Source of the DNA: an uncultured Arthrobacter sp.
GTDB lineage: Bacteria; Actinomycetota; Actinomycetes; Actinomycetales; Micrococcaceae
Assembly (NCBI RefSeq): GCF_947495145.1
Contig: NZ_CANLXP010000001.1
Coordinates: 48,172-112,171 of the forward strand
DNA: 64,000 nt
Direction: 5' to 3'
Of the stretch, positions 60,356 to 64,000 are shown piece by piece. Position 1 is the stretch's first letter. Each line of letters starts with the position of its first letter. The notes under the pieces were generated by a model. The model was not told the origin of the DNA. It did not search any database and saw nothing but the letters and a program-made list of their open reading frames with translations. Position numbers and translations under genes: made by a program.

Positions 60356-61345
60356 TCAGCCCAGGAAGCCGGGCGCGATCAACAGGACTGTCGGGACGGT
60401 GAGCAGCAGTGCGGATGCAGCCAGTGCTGTGAAGGACTGGGCGCCGGAGAGCGGCCGCTGCGGTTCCAGCAGGCGGCGTACCCGATGGACGGTCGACAGC
60501 GAGGCCTCGTCCGGATCTGCGTCCGGCTCCATGCCGCCGTCGGGCAGGGACTGGCTCCGCTCCGCTGAAAGACCGTGAGGGGTTGACGGCCCATGGGAGC
60601 CGGTGGCCACAATCGCGATAGCGCCGACAAGGGTCTCGTGATCTACCTGCTTGACAGCCTCGTCGTCGGCCAGCATCTCGATGAGCTCGTTGACTGCCCG
60701 CTGCGCCAGCCGCGATGTCGGCAGCCAGGGGAGCGCCGAGCGCCACGCCGCGAAAGCCCACAGCAACAGATGGTGCCGCTGGCTCAGATGTGCGCGCTCA
60801 TGGACCAGCACAGCCCGTAGCTCATCCTCGGAGAGCAGCCCCATCAGGCCGTCCGAAAGGACCGTCACGGAGCGCGCACCGCCGGGAAGGCAGTAGGCGA
60901 CGGGAGCCGGGTGCTTGATGACGAGGGTGGCCGGATTCGTCTGCGACGGCGAACTGAGCAGGTTCAGCAGGTTGCGGTGCCGTCGTCGTTGTCCCTTGAT
61001 GCGCGCATACGTGATGAACAGCGTGAATACGAGGTGCGCGGTGAGCAGGCTGGCGGCGCTGAGGGCAAACACGTGAACCAGGCCAAGGGTGTCTGCCGGG
61101 CGGTCGTTCGCGAAAATATCCCAGAGCCCGCGCAGCGCTTCGAGCAGGTTGTCTCCGAGGGGCTCGAGGCCCCAGACCAGCATCGCGCCGATCATTGAGA
61201 GACCGCCGGCGAGGGCGATGGCCTGCCACAGGACCATCGCCGTGAACGGCGAGCGCGACGGCCATTGCGCCCGGGAAAGGACAATCGGCGCAGGCCACGC
61301 CAAGACCACGGCAAGCGCGGCCAGAAAGTGGGAGGCCCAGAACAT
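60356..61345 (-). CDS. M56-family membrane metalloprotease (BlaR1-like, no sensor domain)
   Basis: Several TM helices and the zinc motif HERAHLSQRHH. At 329 aa it has no C-terminal penicillin-binding domain. It lies 5 nt downstream of the blaI-like gene. Confidence 0.8.
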   Translation of the reverse strand: MFWASHFLAALAVVLAWPAPIVLSRAQWPSRSPFTAMVLWQAIALAGGLSMIGAMLVWGLEPLGDNLLEALRGLWDIFANDRPADTLGLVHVFALSAASLLTAHLVFTLFITYARIKGQRRRHRNLLNLLSSPSQTNPATLVIKHPAPVAYCLPGGARSVTVLSDGLMGLLSEDELRAVLVHERAHLSQRHHLLLWAFAAWRSALPWLPTSRLAQRAVNELIEMLADDEAVKQVDHETLVGAIAIVATGSHGPSTPHGLSAERSQSLPDGGMEPDADPDEASLSTVHRVRRLLEPQRPLSGAQSFTALAASALLLTVPTVLLIAPGFLG

Positions 61346-61350
61346 GGAGG

Positions 61351-61722
61351 TTAGCTGCTGCCCAGGAGCCGCCGGAGTGTGCTGGCCTCGCTCTCCGAGA
61401 CGCTGCCGATGAAGCGTGCCAGCACGGCCTCGCGGTCGGGGGCTGTCACCAGGACCTCGTGCATGAGTTCGGCTGTATGGTCCTCGCGGCTGGTGACCGC
61501 GCGGTAACGGTGCGGACGGGTGTCGCGTTCGCGCTCCACCAGGCCCTTCTTCTCAAGCCGGGACAGGACGGTCAACACTGTGGTGACCGCGAGTTCCTTG
61601 CCCTCCGACGTGCCTTCCGGGGCAAGCGCCAATGCATCACGAAGAGTATTCGCGGTCATGGCCTCCTGGGTGCCCCACAGCAGGTCCATCACTGTGCGTT
61701 CGAGTTCACCGAGCGTGGCCAT
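61351..61722 (-). CDS. BlaI/MecI/CopY-family winged-helix transcriptional repressor
   Basis: ATG 61722 is preceded by AAGGAA. 123 aa: MATLGELERTVMDLLWG...TVLTVLSRLEKKGLVERE. The longer ORF start at 61797 lacks an RBS. Confidence 0.85.
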   Translation of the reverse strand: MATLGELERTVMDLLWGTQEAMTANTLRDALALAPEGTSEGKELAVTTVLTVLSRLEKKGLVERERDTRPHRYRAVTSREDHTAELMHEVLVTAPDREAVLARFIGSVSESEASTLRRLLGSS

Positions 61723-61833
61723 TCTTATTCCTTTGTCGATCCTGATGTGCTGATCCTGGTGTGCCGCCGGACGGGCGGTCTGCGGTTGAAACGCCAAATC
61801 CGGCTCTCTAAATCTACAGCTTTTTCGCGCAAG

Positions 61834-61908
61834 GTTCTACGCCATGTAGAACTCTTCCGCGAAGTTGTTCTACGATGTGTAGAAGAATATTTCTACACGA
61901 CGTAGAAG
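61834..61908. promoter_or_regulatory. Three TTCTAC-N5-GTAGAA dyads in the repressor/cydA divergent spacer
   Basis: GTTCTAC-gccat-GTAGAAC (61834-61852), GTTCTAC-gatgt-GTAGAAg (61867-61885) and TTCTAC-acgac-GTAGAA (61891-61907). A possible cydA promoter is TTGTTC (61865-61870), 17 nt, TATTTC (61888-61893). Confidence 0.5.
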
Positions 61909-61947
61909 AAGCACTTCATCCCCTCGTGCCTGATGAATTGAGGACCT

Positions 61948-63522
61948 GTGGAAGCACTCGAGATCGCACGGTGGCAGTTCGGTATCACCACCGTCTACCA
62001 CTTCCTGATGGTGCCGCTGACAATCGGGCTTGGCCTCGTCGTGGCCGTCATGCAGACCCTCTGGTACCGCACCGGCGAAGAGCACTACCTGCGGATGACG
62101 AAGTTCTGGGGGAAGCTCTTCCTCATCAACTTCATCATGGGAGTGGCTACCGGGCTGGTGCAGGAGTTCCAGTTCGGATTGGCCTGGAGCGAATACAGCC
62201 GGTTCGTCGGCGATGTGTTCGGGGCGCCGCTTGCCATGGAGGCGCTGCTCGCGTTCTTCGTGGAGTCGACTTTCCTTGGCCTCTGGATCTTCGGCTGGCA
62301 GCGGCTGCCAAAGGTACTTCACCTGGGTGCACTGTGGGCCGCAGTGCTGGCGTCCGTGTTCTCCGCCTACTTCATCATTGTCGCCAACTCGTGGATGCAG
62401 CACCCCGTCGGTGTGGAACTCGTGGACGGACGCGCCCGCATGGTGGACGCCTGGGCCGTGTTTACCAACAACACGGCGCTCGTCGCCTTCACGCATACGG
62501 TCTTCGGTGCCCTCGCCGTGGCCGGCGGCTTTCTCCTGGGTATTGCCTGGTACCACCTCTGGAAGCGGCGCCATGACGGTCTGGACACGGTCGACGGCGA
62601 TGGGAAAGTTCTCGTCGGGACGGATGACTCCCGCTCCCGCGGGGTGACTGACCACCAGGTGTGGCTGCGCTCAGCGCGGATCGGCGCCGTCGTCGCCCTC
62701 ATTTCGTTCGCCGGAACCGCCGTATCAGGTGACTTCCAGGCGAAGCTGATGTTCGAACAGCAGCCCATGAAGATGGCGGCAGCGGAAGCAGCCTGCCACG
62801 ACGGGACCGGCTTCTCAGTGCTCTCGGTGGGCAATCTGGGATCGCAGGACTGCGACGACATTGTCGCGGTCTTCGAAGTTCCGGGCCTGCTGTCCTTCCT
62901 TGCGAACGGGGACTTCACCACCGAGGTCAAGGGTGTGAACACCCTCCTGCCGGAGTACAAGGAGCAGTACGGGCAGACCCTGCCGGACGATCCCATGTAC
63001 GGCGAGCGCGCCGGAATGACCATCGACTATCTCCCCGTCATGGAGGTCACGTACTGGGGCTTCCGCATCATGATCGGTTTCGGCGCAGTCGCCGCCTTCG
63101 CCGCGCTGGTTGCAATGTGGATCCTGCGGAAGGGGACTGTCCCCGAATCCCGCTGGCTCATGCGGCTTGCCGTGTTCGGCATCCTTGCTCCTTTCGGAGC
63201 CAACTCCGCCGGCTGGATCTTCACCGAGATGGGTCGTCAGCCGTTCGTCGTGGCGCCCAACCCGGACCCCAGCGGCATCGACGGCGTCTTCATGTTTACG
63301 GCGGCGGCAGTGTCACCCGGGGTGTCACTATCCGAGCTGGTCTTTTCGCTGGTGGCGCTGACCTCCATTTACGCCGTGCTGCTGGTGGTCGAAGTGAGGT
63401 TGCTCTTCACCTACGTGCGCGGCGGGGTCGCTTCCGCCATGCCGGAACTGGCCGGAAAGCACGACGACGACGCCTCCTCCCGCGGAAAGGACGACGACGA
63501 TGTCCTCGCCTTCGCCTACTGA
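61948..63522 (+). CDS. cydA: Cytochrome bd ubiquinol/menaquinol oxidase subunit I
   Basis: GTG 61948 is preceded by GAGGAC. N-terminus MEALEIARWQFGITTVYHFLMVPLTIGL. Contains GWIFTEMGRQPFVV and a Q-loop region. Confidence 0.95.
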   Translation: MEALEIARWQFGITTVYHFLMVPLTIGLGLVVAVMQTLWYRTGEEHYLRMTKFWGKLFLINFIMGVATGLVQEFQFGLAWSEYSRFVGDVFGAPLAMEALLAFFVESTFLGLWIFGWQRLPKVLHLGALWAAVLASVFSAYFIIVANSWMQHPVGVELVDGRARMVDAWAVFTNNTALVAFTHTVFGALAVAGGFLLGIAWYHLWKRRHDGLDTVDGDGKVLVGTDDSRSRGVTDHQVWLRSARIGAVVALISFAGTAVSGDFQAKLMFEQQPMKMAAAEAACHDGTGFSVLSVGNLGSQDCDDIVAVFEVPGLLSFLANGDFTTEVKGVNTLLPEYKEQYGQTLPDDPMYGERAGMTIDYLPVMEVTYWGFRIMIGFGAVAAFAALVAMWILRKGTVPESRWLMRLAVFGILAPFGANSAGWIFTEMGRQPFVVAPNPDPSGIDGVFMFTAAAVSPGVSLSELVFSLVALTSIYAVLLVVEVRLLFTYVRGGVASAMPELAGKHDDDASSRGKDDDDVLAFAY

Positions 63523-63564
63523 CGCGCCGAATCCGATTTCGTTCCGCCGAAGGGAACCCCGCGC

Positions 63565-64000
63565 ATGACCGAGCTGCTGCCCACCATCTGGTTTCTTCTC
63601 ATCGCTGTGCTGTGGACCGGCTTCCTCTTCCTTGAGGGCTTCGATCTGGGCGTGGGCATGCTGATGAAGCTGTTCGCCCGAACGGACCGGGAACGCAGGG
63701 TACTGCTCAACACGGTGGGCCCGGTCTGGGACGGCAACGAGGTCTGGCTCGTCACCGCCATCGGCGCCACGCTGGCTGCCTTCCCGCTCTGGTACGCCTC
63801 ACTGCTGTCCACGCTCTACCTGCCGTTTGTCCTGGTGCTGCTGGCGCTCATCCTCCGTGCCGTTGCGTTCGAGTATCGCGGAAAGATGAACAGCGACTCA
63901 TGGCGCCGCCGCTGGGACCTGGCGATTTTTCTTGGCTCATTCACCTCGGCGGCCGGACTCGGAGCCGCTCTGGCACTGACGACCTCGGGCCTGCCGATCA
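63565..64000 (+). CDS. cydB: Cytochrome bd oxidase subunit II, 5' part (runs off the window)
   Basis: ATG 63565 is preceded by GAAGGGA. Translation MTELLPTIWFLLIAVLWTGFLFLEGFDLGVGML...GPVWDGNEVWL is the conserved CydB N-terminus. It is absent from the ORF track because no stop codon lies in the window. Confidence 0.9.
   Translation, partial: MTELLPTIWFLLIAVLWTGFLFLEGFDLGVGMLMKLFARTDRERRVLLNTVGPVWDGNEVWLVTAIGATLAAFPLWYASLLSTLYLPFVLVLLALILRAVAFEYRGKMNSDSWRRRWDLAIFLGSFTSAAGLGAALALTTSGLPI

Noticed and set aside
61723-61947. Rex (TTGTGAA-N-TTCACAA) or CRP-type operator expected in front of cydA.
   Set aside because: No such motif is present. The only dyads are the TTCTAC-N5-GTAGAA repeats reported as a finding.
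1-64000. Searched by eye for tRNA/rRNA genes, CRISPR repeats, IS/transposase/integrase genes, prophage or defence modules (restriction, Abi, TA, CBASS-like and similar) and compositional islands.
   Set aside because: Every gap over 100 nt is accounted for by promoters, terminators or the small ORF. All large ORFs are housekeeping genes in conserved actinobacterial synteny. I saw no repeat-spacer structure and no mobility genes.

Overview
The window is an almost fully coding stretch of a high-GC actinobacterial chromosome. Gene order and protein sequences look Micrococcaceae/Arthrobacter-like, which is an inference. It is core genome, not an accessory island.

Gene content, left to right:
- dinB (3' part) and a DUF3040 gene.
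- The complete dcw cluster: mraZ-rsmH-ftsL-ftsI-murE-murF-mraY-murD-ftsW-murG-murC-ftsQ-ftsZ. Most junctions overlap by ATGA or GTGA.
- pgeF-yggS-sepF-yggT-divIVA, then lspA-rluD-dnaE, a DUF2567-like membrane protein, hisD and nrdR.
- ppgK, map, an unlisted 54-aa ORF and panB.
- The nitrogen block: glnA2-glnE convergent with glnA.
- RDD and DUF4191 genes, then lipA-lipB.
- A divergent Ser/Thr kinase, a tricorn-type S41 protease and osmC.
- sucB-lpdA-pepA, PAC2, an MFS transporter, DUF4192 and the principal sigma factor.
- A small zinc-ribbon protein and a topo IV/gyrase B-like subunit.
- A blaI/blaR1-like repressor/M56-protease pair divergent from cydAB. cydB runs off the window.

I found no rRNA, tRNA, CRISPR array, IS or transposase, integrase, phage module, toxin-antitoxin or recognisable defence system. 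I see no convincing previously undescribed multi-gene system.

The observations worth a second look are mostly regulatory or structural:
- A triple dyad operator array between the blaI-like gene and cydA.
- Tandem NrdR-box-like repeats in front of nrdR itself.
- A four-site GlnR-type array upstream of glnA.
- MraZ-type direct repeats upstream of mraZ.
- A catalytically atypical membrane kinase next to the tricorn protease, interrupting the lipB-sucB block.
- Twin hairpins upstream of sigA and a 27-bp perfect palindrome after it.
- Several in-frame tandem repeats.

All coordinates were read by eye from the sequence. Start codons carry an uncertainty of a few tens of nucleotides where noted.
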